Assembly: GCA_964057225.1 (NCBI GenBank)
Contig: OZ059895.1
Location: 10,850,001 to 10,914,000, forward strand
Origin: Auanema rhodensis
Taxonomy: Eukaryota; Animalia; Nematoda
Direction: 5' to 3'
Length of the DNA: 64,000 nt
Position 1 is the stretch's first letter. Every line of letters starts with the position of its first letter. Below, piece by piece: positions 24,692-37,451 of this stretch. Made by a program: the position numbers and the translations under genes. A model generated the notes under the pieces. It was given only the letters and a program-made list of their open reading frames with translations, was not told the DNA's origin and made no database searches.

Positions 24692-25277
24692 TCAAAATGA
24701 AGGATCAAAGCGGATAAACATGTTCAGGTTGAGTGCTTCTGGACTTAGTTTAAAGTAGAATACATTCTGCTTATAACCAAAAGTCTTTACAGTAGCCTCA
24801 TCTGCATATATAACAATATAGCCCATATTGTTCAACAATTGCTTGCACGTCATGGTGTTATAAGAGCGCATCTAAAAAAATGATAAAATTGAAAATAAAT
24901 AAATATGCAAGCTTACATTAATAGAGAAATTTTTGGGCTTATAGTGACGAAATTCCTTCAAAAGACCCAACGCATCATTCCTTCCTCTACACTTTATACA
25001 GAGGCTGAAACAGTGATACTCGTCTATAACCTGCAATGATCCCCTACAAGTTTTGCAGAGACAAATTAGTCTCATTAATACACTCCTTGGTGGAGTGCTC
25101 TCTCTCAGAATCTCCATCTGTTTTATTGGTGAATCTAAATTAAAGAATTAAAAAATACAAGTTAAGGTTCATACCAAAACTTGTGAAATTTGGAGCTGGT
25201 GTGGGTGGTCGTGGTACTTCAGGTTCAGGCGATTTGCGCACAACATTTGTCACATCAGCAAGTACAGCACGCTTCAT
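24692..25277 (-). CDS. Spliced Maverick cargo gene, ~166 aa (exons 25277-25175, 25134-24917, 24871-24692); D-box-like N-terminus and Cys cluster
   Basis: GT-AG introns of 40 and 45 nt keep frame; last exon and stop conserved in diverged copy at 56829-57008. Confidence 0.7.
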
Positions 25278-25900
25278 TTCCGCTAAAGATCCAACTTTCT
25301 AAAATATAAGGCAAACTTGCAGAGAGGAGCAGTCTATGGCGATTGGCAAAGAGTGGCAGGAGATGGTGAAACGTCGGATCCTCGGATAGTTGGCAGAGCT
25401 GAAATGTAAATGTAGCAAAATTGCCAACCTTTTATACAAAGATTTTTGTAAAGTACAACCCATTGTGTTACAATCAAGTTTGCTGATGAAATTCTTTTAT
25501 TAATTAGATTTTACAGCATATTTATGCAGATATACTCATCTCGTCGACAGTTGCCAGCAGTTGGCGCACTCTGAACCTATAAACAATCTGCATATTAATT
25601 AGTTTTTACATCTCTTTAAACATTATTGTTTACCGTTTGTGCCATAAACAACAGCCATCTCTGTAAAACATTTAGGCTTTTTAAACTTTGCTTAATAGCT
25701 CATATATTATTCATAGTATACTTTTACACCCATATTGTAGCACAAAACATATGACTGCCAACGTTTTATATGTGAAAAATATTTCATTCTTGAATATTTA
25801 CTAATGATTATATTACGAAACGAAAACTTTTGAAATGTTAAAATGATTATACTATATTTAAACCCCTACAGTGCAGTTATTAGTGTTTATTAACCATCGA

Positions 25901-26728
25901 TATGCGTGGCGTTGAGGTCAGCGCAACTGTTTGTTAATCTTATTGTATTTACCTTCAATGTGTGCTCTATTTAGTTATTGTATTGTTATATTAGTAAAAT
26001 AAAGTTTAAAACTAATCTTTTCTTTTAATTTGAAACTTTTACTTGTTAGAATAAATATAATTAATAACAATTTGTAATTTCAAAAATTAATAATTTAATG
26101 TCGTTCTTATCGAATTAACCTTCGATATGTGTTCCATTAAATTTTAGTATTTCATATCGTTCTTATCGAATTAACCTTCGATATGTGTTCCATTGAATTA
26201 CCCATAACAAGTACGGTGAACAAAACGATATACATGCAAAAAAAATTTTATTGTTCTTTAAAATACAAATAAAATAGTACAAACACAATACAATAAAAAA
26301 TAATCAAAATAAGTAAACAAATATTATTGATAAATATAATAAATAAATAAAATTTGAAAACAAATTTATATATTTGAAATTTATAATTTTTATTTTCACT
26401 TAATATATAATATTTAAAAATAATTAAAAACATATACATACATTCGAAAAAACAGATTTAAAGTTTAATTTTTAAAAAAATCATGCTATAAATCATGATT
26501 TTTAAAGTACATTTGAAAAAGCATATTTAAATTTGATTTAAAAAAAAATCATGCTTTAAATTATGATTTTTAAATTTAAAAAAGGAGAATCCATGAACCG
26601 TGATTCCAAAATATGATTTTAACAGCTGACGCTCAAAAATATGTTTTTGACAGCTGACGCGCCCCAAAAGTATGTTTTTAGCAGCTGAAGCCCCCAAATG
26701 TATGTTTTTGACAGATGTTTGGGGGCGT
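25901..26728 (-). repeat. Right terminal inverted repeat of Maverick 1 (terminal ~29 bp missing)
   Basis: Reverse complement of left TIR up to GGGGGCGT; no CTCTCTACT end. Confidence 0.92.
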
Positions 26729-27220
26729 CAGCTGCTTGTAGCCGTGATTGCCGCTGTTATATACTTCCTCTCTACTTCTGCTTCATTCTTCATGCCAGCT
26801 CTTTTATCGGTCACACTTTCCTACTGCTGTTTGAAAAAAACCAGTAATCCCCCGGTTGCAGGAAATGCCTGATTAAATTACATTTCACCCATTGACCTAG
26901 TAGATATATTGAGATATCTGATTACAATATTAAGATATCTGAATACAATTTCAAGAAAATACCGATCATTATCTTATTATTGCGCAACACTAACCCTCCC
27001 ATTGTATCAACTTTCTAAACAACCTCAAACCATATATAAGCTCGAAGATACGAGCCATTTTTCACTCTTAATTTAATTCTACCACTGAACCTATACTGAT
27101 CTTATAATGAACTCTTCTCATTCAACTAACTGTTTGGATTCGCCACTAACTCATATTATCCCCATTAACCGGGAAACAACCGAGTATAGACGCTCGTCAT
27201 TGAGAACATTAAAACACAAA

Positions 27221-27330
27221 CATACCACGTTGAAAGTACGCCATCCCGTCCAATCTGGCACGTCAAGCAAAGTTGGGCCTGGTTAGTAGTTGGATCGGAG
27301 ACGGCTTGGGAATCCCGGATGGCGTAAGCT
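27221..27330 (+). pseudogene. 5'-truncated 5S rRNA pseudogene (nt 10-119)
   Basis: Same structure as 7572-7681. Confidence 0.85.
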
Positions 27331-27440
27331 TTTCAAATTTTTTTAACGATCATAACACGTTGAAAGTACGCCATGCAGCTGATTTTCAATTTTATCTCTT
27401 CCGTAATAAATGTTTTCAATTTTCAAGCAGTCTTACTTAC

Positions 27441-27744
27441 TACATTGAAGATAAACAATTTATTACAAAATTATTTATTTGTAATGTATATCAAATAATA
27501 TTCAATTAATATTAAGAAGTCTTTATATGCGTCTACGCGCTGTGGGTCAATTATGTGAACTGAATTGAAAGTAAAACAATCGGCGTACGTCAATTCACGT
27601 AAATTTGACGGAACCGTGTACGACCGCTCACTACAGAAATGATTATAAAAATAAACTTACTCATTTTATATTTGAAATCTATTTTCTTAATTTCTTTCTA
27701 ATTTAATGACTAATTACTTATCTTTCGTATCTATATACGAAACA
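27441..27744 (-). repeat. 3' LTR of BEL A
   Basis: Minus strand starts TGTTTCGTA after purine tract GGGGCGGAA; AATAAA; ends homologous to LTR B (terminal CA appears mutated). Confidence 0.75.
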
Positions 27745-27806
27745 TTCCGCCCCGAATATTGTTTCTAGCTGTAGATTTGTGAACAATTCGTGATACATTA
27801 AATTAT

Positions 27807-28310
27807 TTATTTTTGTTTAATGCATGGACATATCACAAAATTATATCTTTGAATATCGCAAAATTTACAAATCTTTGATTTAGTACATTTTCCTTTATGT
27901 TGTTTAAACATAAAAGGCATAACTTTAATGAGACAGCTTTGGTCAGTTTAAAAAGTTTTGTGGAGAAGTTTCCACATTTTTCGGAATTGTGGGAGCCATA
28001 ACAGAACTTGCAGCTCATCTTGATATCTTGTACTGGCTTTTCTCTAGATTGGGTCTTAATTATCATCTAGATATCAAGTTTTTATAATCAAAAAATTTAC
28101 TTTTTCATCCGATTTTTTTTCTTCCTCAGTCATTTTCGTGATGAGTTTACACATGTGTATTACGTGTTTTTCCAGAAAGGCAAGCCTTTCAGTTATAGCA
28201 GCATAAGTCTCTTCTTTCTTCTCAGTTGCCTTTTCAGGTTCGGTAACGACTTCCATATTTTCTTCCAACAGGATTTTTCCGTATTTATTGACGACTTCTT
28301 CTTGACTCAT
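27807..28310 (-). pseudogene. Spliced accessory gene of BEL A: acidic/coiled-coil exon plus three zinc knuckles (1-nt frameshift)
   Basis: Donor GTAAAT at 28100, in-frame acceptors 28067/28055; CKFCYGSHNSEKC, CLLCLN.HKGKC, CKFC...IC; homologous to 40872-41379. Confidence 0.65.
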
Positions 28311-28587
28311 TTTGGTATGAATGATCTTGAGGGTCAATTTTTTTGCTTATATACCTTTTCTGTTACGTGAGTTTCACGTACCGTGAATATTCCACCGCAA
28401 CCAAAATATCGGAAAAAAAATGTTTTTGTTTTTTTTTCTTCATTTTTTTTTTATTTTTATTTATTTTCTTTTCTATTTTCATACGAATAAGTTAAAAATT
28501 GTTTTTCTTTTATTATTTTATCATAATTTCTATTACTATTACTGCTACTATTCATAACTAGAGCTACATAAAAAAATTACTAGAATA

Positions 28588-31500
28588 TTAGAAAAATTTT
28601 CTATAGTCTATTTTCTCATTGTTCCTGAGTCGATTGTCCCATATATTAGTTTTTTCATTTTTATAATGATCATTGTTATTGATGCTGTTATTGTTTTCGA
28701 AACTAGTTGTTTTCTTATTTTTCTTGATTTCATCTAAATCAGCATCACACTCTGATATTTCTAGAGGAATTAACTGATTTATCGATCTCAGAAAATGATT
28801 TCCTTCTGAATTTCTTATTTGTACGGTTCTTATCTCTCCGTCTTTTGAATATATGATTTCTTCGATAATTGCAAGAGGCCATTTGTGTCTCTTTACATTA
28901 TTTTCTTTGCATAGGACAATTTCGCCAAGTTTAGGTTTTAATTTATTAAAATTTCTGCTGATTGTTTTTTGATTTGACAGAACTCTCAGTTCCTCCAGAT
29001 ATGTATTTGACCAATTTATCCAAAATTCGGTAATGCTATTATTACAGTTTTTCATATAATCTTTGATCTCATTAATCTTTGACAAATTAGTTTTATTAGA
29101 TATGTTTGAGAATTCGCATATGACATTCTCTGGATGATAGTATTCAAGACTTTTAGGTGTTACTATTTTGTCAAAATCATCATTTATGGATGAAATAGGT
29201 CTCTAATTAACTATATTTTCAATCTCGGTTAGAATTGTGCTCAATTCATTAAACTCGATCTGTTTTGTCCCTAGACATTTTATTAGATACTTCTTTGTTA
29301 CGCCTATCATTCTTTCATAGAATCCTTCTTTCCACGGTGGATAAGGAGTTATTTTTTCCCAGTTTATGTGTTTATTTTTGAGAAAGCTTTCCAAAATTTT
29401 ATCAGTTTTTATGAACTGACTACCATTATCTGATATGATTTTCAAAGGTACTCTTTTTCGAGCGAAAATTTTCTGTAAATTTAGTGTTAATTCTTTGCTG
29501 GAGCTATCATTGGCTAAATCAAAGTATACTGCTCATGTACAAAGGCAAGTAATTAACATAATCCATACCTTTTTATCAGAATTATGGCCTGTTTTTACTA
29601 ATAATGAACCGGCATAATCGATTCCAATGTTTTCAAATGGTTTTTATTTTTGAACTCTTTCTTTTGGATATTGTGGGAAATTAGGATATTTGTATAGCCT
29701 GTTATTTAATTTTTTACATTTCACACATTTCGAGATTACTGTGTTTATGAATGTTTTCAATTTTATGATAAAAAATTCTTTTCGTACTATGGCCATCATT
29801 GTTTTACGTGGCGTATGAAGCGATATTTCATGAATATAGTTCAAAATGAGGTTCGTGAATATTTTCTTTCCAAAAAGCCAAATTGGATATTGTTTATTAA
29901 CTTGTTCTGAATTGCCCATGCGACCTCGTATTCTTAATATTCCTGTTTCATCTTCAATTATGTCTAATTGATTGTATTTTTCTTTTTTGAGCTGATCAAT
30001 ATTTTGATTTTGATGACATTTTATCAAAAACTGCTGAATTATTTTATTTTTTGTTGAATTATCCTTTTTTTCAAAGTTTTTGAACAAAATTTGGTTGGAT
30101 TTCCCGAATTTTACATTTGTTTTCGTGATGAATGTTATAACTTGTCGAAATATGTTTATGAATTTAGGATATGAGGAAAAATTTTTTGCTAGATAATCCA
30201 AATCTCGATTTTCCTTATTTTTTAAATCTGATTTAATTAAAAGATTTACTAATTCCATCTGTGGATTCTCACAGTATTTTTCAATAACTTCCTTTAATGA
30301 TTTTATTTTTGCAATTCTTTCATTTTCGTTTTTATACCATTGAGGACCTCGAATCCATTGCATATATGTTTCATCGGGTTTTTCTAAACCTCTCGTAGGT
30401 AAATCGGCAGAAATAAACTTTGTATTCACATAAAAAAATTCAATTTTTCGGTTTCCTTGTTCAATTTCGGTTATTAATTCTGTTATTTTGTTCAATCTGT
30501 TCCGTATATATATTTTTTTCGTTGGATCCTTATGTAACCAACATAGAACAACTTGTGAATCAGTGAAAATTCTAATATTTTCGATTTTTACGTTTATTTC
30601 TTTAATATTTTCTTTTAACATTTTTATTCCGAAAAGAACAGCAGTTAGTTCTTTCATTGGTATGGTTCCTTCAATCATTGTTGAAGATTTAGAGCAAAGA
30701 AACTCAATTCTTTCTGTTTTTCCAGCATCATTTACATATGCTAAATAAGCAACAGATGCTATAACATCTTTAGATGCATCTGTGAATAATAAATATTCAA
30801 ATTTTCCATTTTTCTCATTTATATCTTTCATTAATGACCTGTTAACATCAACTTTAGCATTTTCTAACTTTGTATATAATTTTTTCCATATTATTTGTTG
30901 ATGTTCTGGTATTTCTATGTCCCAGTCAATTTTTAATTCCCAAAATTCTTTTAGAAATAACCTAGCTTTGACGGTTAAAGGCTGAGTTAGACCTAATGGG
31001 TCGAAGATTGAATTAATGAAACTGAGGATAGTTCGTTTCGTTATTTTTTCTTCTTTCCATATAGGAATTTTTATTTCCAATTTGTCATTTTCTTCATCAT
31101 AGTTCCTTCCGAGAATTTTGAAGTTTGAATCTTTTATTCTATCGATTTCGGGAATTTTCATTCTTTCTTCGGTTACGTTTGTATAAAATTCTCTGACATT
31201 CATGCCAATCTTTGAAAACAAATTTTTTTACTTCACTATAATACTGTAATATTTGATTTTCATTTTCTACTTTTATCATTATGTTATCTACATAAATGTT
31301 ACTTGAAATATTCTCGTTTAAATTACTTTTTTCTGTTTTTAAAAAAAAATAATGCTGGCTGCGAGTAGAAATAGTGAACTATTTACCCCAAAAGGTATTT
31401 TTGTGAATCTCAAGTTTATAATATTACTTTTCTGTGTTCCTTTGTTTATATCTTTGACCCATAAAATTCTGGTTAGATCCCTATGACTTTCGTCTAACTC

Positions 31501-32637
31501 TATTTGGTGAAACGCTTTTTCAATGTCTGTCTCCTATTAAGAAGTTTTTGCTTAACCTGAGTCTTATTAGCATGCCTGCTAAATTTGGCATTATTCCTTC
31601 GCCTTGATATAGTATATCGATTAAAGATAGCTCATTTTTCTTTTTGCTTGATGCGTTCAATACAATTCTTAGTTTTGTAGTTGAGCTTGATAGTTTTAAA
31701 ACATAATAGTGGGGTATATAATATGTAAAGAATGGATGATTACTCCGAGGAGATTCTTCTAAAATTCCTGTCCTCAGTTGTTCCTGTATGGTTTCATTAT
31801 ATTTTTCAAATATATCCTTTTTTCCTCTCAAAATGTTCAAAATTCCATTCAGACAGCCTATACTCTTTCCGAAATTATCGTCAATTGACTGTATAACTTG
31901 TTTGACAGGAAACTTCACTTTAATTCTCCCATTTTGAACCCGAACGTTTTCATAAAAGTGCTGCCATGCCATTTTATTTTCATAGTTTCTAATTTTTTCT
32001 TTTGTTATTTTTGAGTTTTCGTCTTTTAATTTCAAGCCTGTTAAAAAGCACTGAATTTCAGGGTTTTCAATAACTGTTTGGTCAGTATTTTGACTTTGGG
32101 TACGTTGAGCGATTATTGGATGAATGATCGTTGGAACTATTATAATATCTTTCCCAATTTTGATTGATTTGAACTCATTTATCATGAATTTCCAAAAATT
32201 ATCCATTCCTATCAGTATATCAGGTTCTATATTTACTTTTTCTATAATTAGTTCGTTGTTTTTCATACCGTATTTTTCTATTTCTGTATATTGCTCTTTT
32301 CCTATTTCTGGCATGTTGATATAATTAGTAATTTTATCAATACTTAATAGTTTGAATGTTTTGTTTCTTTCCGGAATCTTCCAAAGTACTTCTTTAGACA
32401 CTATATCTTTAATGTTGTTGCTTATACTTGAAATTGTCAGATTTTTTCCTCCTATAACTTTAAGATTTAAAATTTGAGCTGTTTCTTCTTTAATAAACGA
32501 ATAATGTGAACATGAGTCAAATATTATTATCAGATTTTTATATTTAGAGTTGAAAAATGTTATGAAAAATGTGTTAGTTTTATTATTTTCTGAGTGGTTC
32601 ACTTTTTCTGATAATAAATTTATTTCTGCTATTTCCT
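28588..32637 (-). pseudogene. BEL/Pao pol (protease-RT-RNase H-integrase), fragmented
   Basis: ORFs 31520-32602, 29644-31221, 29203-29445, 28588-29085 are consecutive pieces. Confidence 0.9.
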
Positions 32638-33093
32638 GTACTTGGATCGCAGACGGCTTGGGAATCCCGGGTGCCGTAAGCTTTTCAAATTTTGTTAACG
32701 ATCATGCCACGTTGAAAGAACGCCATGCAGCTGATTTTCAATTTTATCTCTTCCGTAACAAATGTTTTCAATTTTCCAGCAGGTTTACTTAGATAGCTCA
32801 ACCCAAGGCATCAAAATATCTTCAATCTTATTTCTATATTACAGTTATAAACCAGTAGTTTATGAACCTTCACCTTAACTTTACTGTTTCTATCTATTTC
32901 CTATTGAAACAAACATTGTTTAAACACTAAACAACTGTAAAACCTTTTTTAATTTATTGTATTTGGAGCTCATAAGATTTGATATCATCGAGAGATTTAG
33001 ATGTAACGTGGAAAATTACATAACTAACATGAAATTGGAAAAAAAAACAATAACGAGGATAAGTATGTAAATCATTGAATATCAGATATTTTC

Positions 33094-33126
33094 GCTTACA
33101 ACTATACCACGTTGAAAGTACGCCAT
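33094..33126 (+). pseudogene. Internally deleted 5S (only nt 1-33); same at 34550, 34949, 35876
   Basis: GCTTACAACTATACCACGTTGAAAGTACGCCAT runs straight into spacer GCAGCTG. Confidence 0.88.
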
Positions 33127-33492
33127 GCAGCTGATTTTCAATTTTATCTCTTCCGTAACAAATGTTTTCAATTTTCCAGCAGTTTTACTTAGATAACTCA
33201 ACCCAAGGCATCAAAATATCTTCAATCTTATTTCTATATTACATTTATAAACCAGTAGTTTATGAACCTTCATCTTAACTTTACTGTTTCTATCTATCTC
33301 CTATTGAAACAAACATTGTTTAAACACTATACAACTGTGAAATCTTTTTAAATTTATTGTATTTGGAGCTCATAAGATTTAATATCGTCGAGGAATTTAG
33401 ATGTAACGTGGAAAATTACATAACTAACATGATATTGGAAAAAAAACAATAACGAGGATAAGTATGTAAATCGTTGAATATCAGATATTTTC

Positions 33493-33611
33493 GCTTACGA
33501 CCATACCACGTTGAAAGTACGCCATCCCGTCCGATCTGGCAAGTCAAGCAACGTTGGGCCCGGTTAGTACTTGGATCGGAGACGGCTTGGGAATCCCGGG
33601 TGCCGTAAGCT
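33493..33611 (+). rRNA. 5S rRNA gene (first T-run terminator mutated to TATT)
   Basis: 119 nt GCTTACGACC...CCGTAAGCT, nematode-type. Confidence 0.93.
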
Positions 33612-34020
33612 ATTCAAATTTTTTTAACGATCATGCCACGTTGAAAGAACGCCATGCAGCTGATTTTCAATTGTATCTCTTTCGTAACTAATGTTTTCAA
33701 TTTTCCAGCAGTTTTACTTAGATAGCTCAACCCAAGACATCAAAATATCTTCAATCTTTTTTCTATATTACATTTATAAACCAGTAGTTTATGAACCTTC
33801 ATCTTAACTTCACTGTTTCTATCTATTTCCTATTGCAACAAACATTGTTTAAACACTATACAACTGTTAAACCTTTTCAATTTATTGTATTTGGAGCTCA
33901 TAAGATTTGATATCATCGAGGGATTTAGATGGAACGTGGAAAAATACTTAACTAACATGAAATTGAAAAAAAAACAATAACGAGGATAAGTATGTAAATC
34001 GTTGAATATCAGATATTTTC

Positions 34021-34139
34021 GCTTACGACCATACCACGTTGAAATTACGCCATCCCGTCCGATCTGGCAAGTCAAGCAACGTTGGGCCTGGTTAGTACTT
34101 GGATCGGAGACGGCTTGGGAATCCCGGGTGCCGTAAGCT
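34021..34139 (+). rRNA. 5S rRNA gene
   Basis: Full 119 nt followed by T-run terminator. Confidence 0.93.
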
Positions 34140-35347
34140 TTTCAGATTTTTTTAACGATCATGCCACGTTGAAAGAACGCCATGCAGCTGATTTTCAATT
34201 TTATCTCTTCCGTAATAAATGGTTTCAATTTTCCAGCAGTTTTATTTAGATAGCTCAACCCAAGACATCAAAATATCTTCAATCTTATTTCTATATTACA
34301 TTTATAAACCAGTAGTTTATGAACCTTCATCTTAACTTTACTGTTTCTATCTATTTCCTATTGAAACAAACATTGTTTAAACACTATACACCTGTGAAAC
34401 CTTTTTCAATTTATTGTATTTGGAGCTCATAAGATTTGATATCATAGAGGGATCCAGATGTAACGTGGAAAATTACATAACTAACATGAAATTGGAAAAA
34501 AAACAATAACGAGGATAAGTATGTAAATCATTGAATATCAGATATTTTCGCTTACAACTATACCACGTTGAAAGTACGCCATGCAGCTGATTTTCAATTT
34601 TATCTCTTCCGTAACAAATGTTTTCAATTTTCCAGCAGTTTTACTTAGATAGCTCAACCCAAGGCATCAAAATATCTTCAATCTTATTTCTATATTACAT
34701 TTATAAACCAGTAGTTTATGAACCTTCATCTTAACTTTACTGTTTCTATCTATCTCCTATTGAAACAAACATTGTTTAAACACTATACAACTGTGAAATC
34801 TTTTTTAATTGATTGTATTTGGAGCTCATAAGATTTGATGTCATCGAGGGATTTAGATGTAACGTGGAAAATTACATAACTAACATGAAATTGGAAAAAA
34901 AACAATAACGAGGATAAGTATGTAAATCATTGAATATCAGATATTTTCGCTTACAACTATACCACGTTGAAAGTACGCCATGCAGCTGATTTTCAATTTT
35001 ATCTCTTCCGTAACAAATGTTTTCAATTTTCCAGCAGTTTTACTTAGATAGCTCAACCCAAGGCATCAAAATATCTTCAATCTTATTTCTATATTACATT
35101 TATAAACCAGTAGTTTATGAACCTTCATCTTAACTTTACTGTTTCTATCTATCTCCTATTGAAACAAACATTGTTTAAACACTATACAACTGTGAAATCT
35201 TTTTTAATTGATTGTATTTGGAGCTCATAAGATTTGATGTCATCGAGGGATTTAGATGTAACGTGGAAAATTACATAACTAACATGAAATTGGAAAAAAA
35301 ACAATAACGAGGATGAGTATGTAAATCATTGAATATCAGGTATTTTC

Positions 35348-35466
35348 GCTTACAACCATACCACGTTGAAAGTACGCCATCCCGTCTGATCTGGCAAGTA
35401 AAGCAACGTTGGGCCCGGTTAATACTTGGATCGGAGACGGCTTGTGAATCCCGGGTGCCGTAAGCT
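35348..35466 (+). rRNA. 5S rRNA gene, variant
   Basis: Full length with several substitutions. Confidence 0.85.
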
Positions 35467-36274
35467 TTTCAGATTTTTTTAACGATCATGCCACGTTGAA
35501 AGAACGCCATGCAGCTGATTTTCAATTTTATCTCTTCCGTAATAAATGGTTTCAATTTTCCAGCAGTTTTATTTAGATAGCTCAACCCAAGACATCAAAA
35601 TATCTTCAATCTTATTTCTATATTACATTTATAAACCAGTAGTTTATGAACCTTCATCTTAACTTTACTGTTTCTATCTATTTCCTATTGCAAAAAACAT
35701 TGTTTAAACACTATACAACTGTTAAACCTTTTCAATTTATTGTATTTGGAGCTCATAAGATTTGATATCATCGAGGGATCCAGATGTAACGTGGAAAATT
35801 ACATAACTAACATGAAATTGGAAAAAAAACAATAACGAGGATAAGTATGTAAATCATTGAATATCAGATATTTTCGCTTACAACTATACCACGTTGAAAG
35901 TACGCCATGCAGCTGATTTTCAATTTTATCTCTTCCGTAACAAATGTTTTCAATTTTCCAGCAGTTTTACTTAGATAGCTCAACCCAAGGCATCAAAATA
36001 TCTTCAATCTTATTTCTATATTACATTTATAAACCAGTAGTTTATGAACCTTCATCTTAACTTTACTGTTTCTATCTATCTCCTATTGAAACAAACATTG
36101 TTTAAACACTATACAACTGTGAAATCTTTTTTAATTGATTGTATTTGGAGCTCATAAGATTTGATGTCATCGAGGGATTTAGATGTAACGTGGAAAATTA
36201 CATAACTAACATTAAATTAAAAAAAAAACAGTAACGAGGATAAGTATGTAAATCATTGTATATCAGATATTTTT

Positions 36275-36393
36275 GCTTACGACCATACCACGTTGAAAGT
36301 ACGCCATCCCGTCCGATCTGGCAAGTCAAGCAACGTTGGGCCCGGTTAGTACTTGGATCGCGGACGGCTTGGGAATCCCGGGTGCCGTAAGCT
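36275..36393 (+). rRNA. 5S rRNA gene, variant
   Basis: Full length; box C GGATCGCGG variant. Confidence 0.87.
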
Positions 36394-36803
36394 TTTCAAA
36401 TTTTGTTAACGATCATGCCACGTTGAAAGAACGCCATGCAGCTGATTTTCAATTTTATCTCTTCCGTAACAAATGTTTTCAATTTTCCAGCAGGTTTACT
36501 TAGATAGCTCAACCCAAGGCATCAAAATATCTTCAATCTTATTTCTATATTACATTTATAAACCAGTAGTTTATGAACCTTCAAATTAACTTTACTGTTT
36601 CTATCTATTTCCTATTGAAACAAACATTGTTTAAACACTATACAACTGTGAAACCTTTTTTAATTTATTGTATTTGGAGCTCATAAGATTTGATATCATC
36701 GAGGGATTTAGATGTAACGTGGAAAATTACATAACTAACATGAAATTGGAAAAAAAACAATAACGAGGATAAGTATGTAAATCATTGAATATCGGATATT
36801 TTC

Positions 36804-36922
36804 GCTTACAACCATACCACGTTGAAAGTACGCCATCCCGTCTGATCTGGCAAGTCGAGCAACGTTGGGCTCGGTTAATACTTGGATCGGAGACGGCTTG
36901 TAAATCCCGGGTGCCATAAGCT
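36804..36922 (+). rRNA. 5S rRNA gene, diverged variant/possible pseudogene
   Basis: Full length with multiple substitutions. Confidence 0.8.
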
Positions 36923-37332
36923 TTTTAAATTTTTTTAACGATCATACCACGTTGAAAGTACGCCATGCAGCTGATTTTCAATTTTATCTCTTCCGTAACA
37001 AATGTTTTCAATTTTCCAGCAGTTTTACTTAGATACCTCAACCGAAGGCATCAAAATATCTTTAATCTTTTTTCTATATTACAGTTATGAACCAGTAGTT
37101 TATGAACCTTCATCTTAACTTTACTGTTTCTATCTATCTCCTATTGAAACAAACATTAATTAAACACTATACAACTGTAAAACCTTTTTTAATTTATTGT
37201 ATTTCGAGCTAATAAGATTTGATATCATCGAGGGACTTAGATGTAATGTGGAAAATTACATAACTAACATGAAATTGGAAAAAAAACAATAACGAGGATA
37301 AGTATGTAAATCATTGAATATCAGATATTTTC

Positions 37333-37451
37333 GCTTACGACCATACCACGTTGAAAGTACGCCATCCCGTCCAATCTGGCAAGTCAAGCAACGTTGGGCC
37401 CGGTTAGTACTTGAATCGGACACGGCTTGGGAATCCCGGGTGCCGTAAGCT
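37333..37451 (+). rRNA. 5S rRNA gene, variant
   Basis: Full length with a few substitutions. Confidence 0.85.

Larger units (their letters stand above)
12536..26728 (+). mobile_element. Maverick/Polinton copy 1 (~14.2 kb, inactivated)
   Basis: AGTAGAGAG terminus, long TIRs, pPolB, protease, ATPase, integrase and capsid genes; splits one satellite ORF copy. Confidence 0.97.
27441..32637 (-). mobile_element. BEL/Pao LTR retrotransposon A, 5'-truncated (no gag or 5' LTR)
   Basis: Protease-like IIFDSCS, RT KLRIVLNAS and YVDN, Pao RNase H FTDAS/FTDSQ, integrase SDNGSQF and GFYERMIG, DUF5641-type KWPLA tail; 3' LTR. Confidence 0.93.

Noticed and set aside
26672-26872. Fusion ORF TIR plus membrane-peptide tail
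   Set aside because: Accidental in-frame product of the junction deletion; no support for expression
32790-32815. ACCCAAG in spacer resembling SL1
   Set aside because: Only 7 nt match; no GGTTTAATT, TTTGAG donor or evident SL structure
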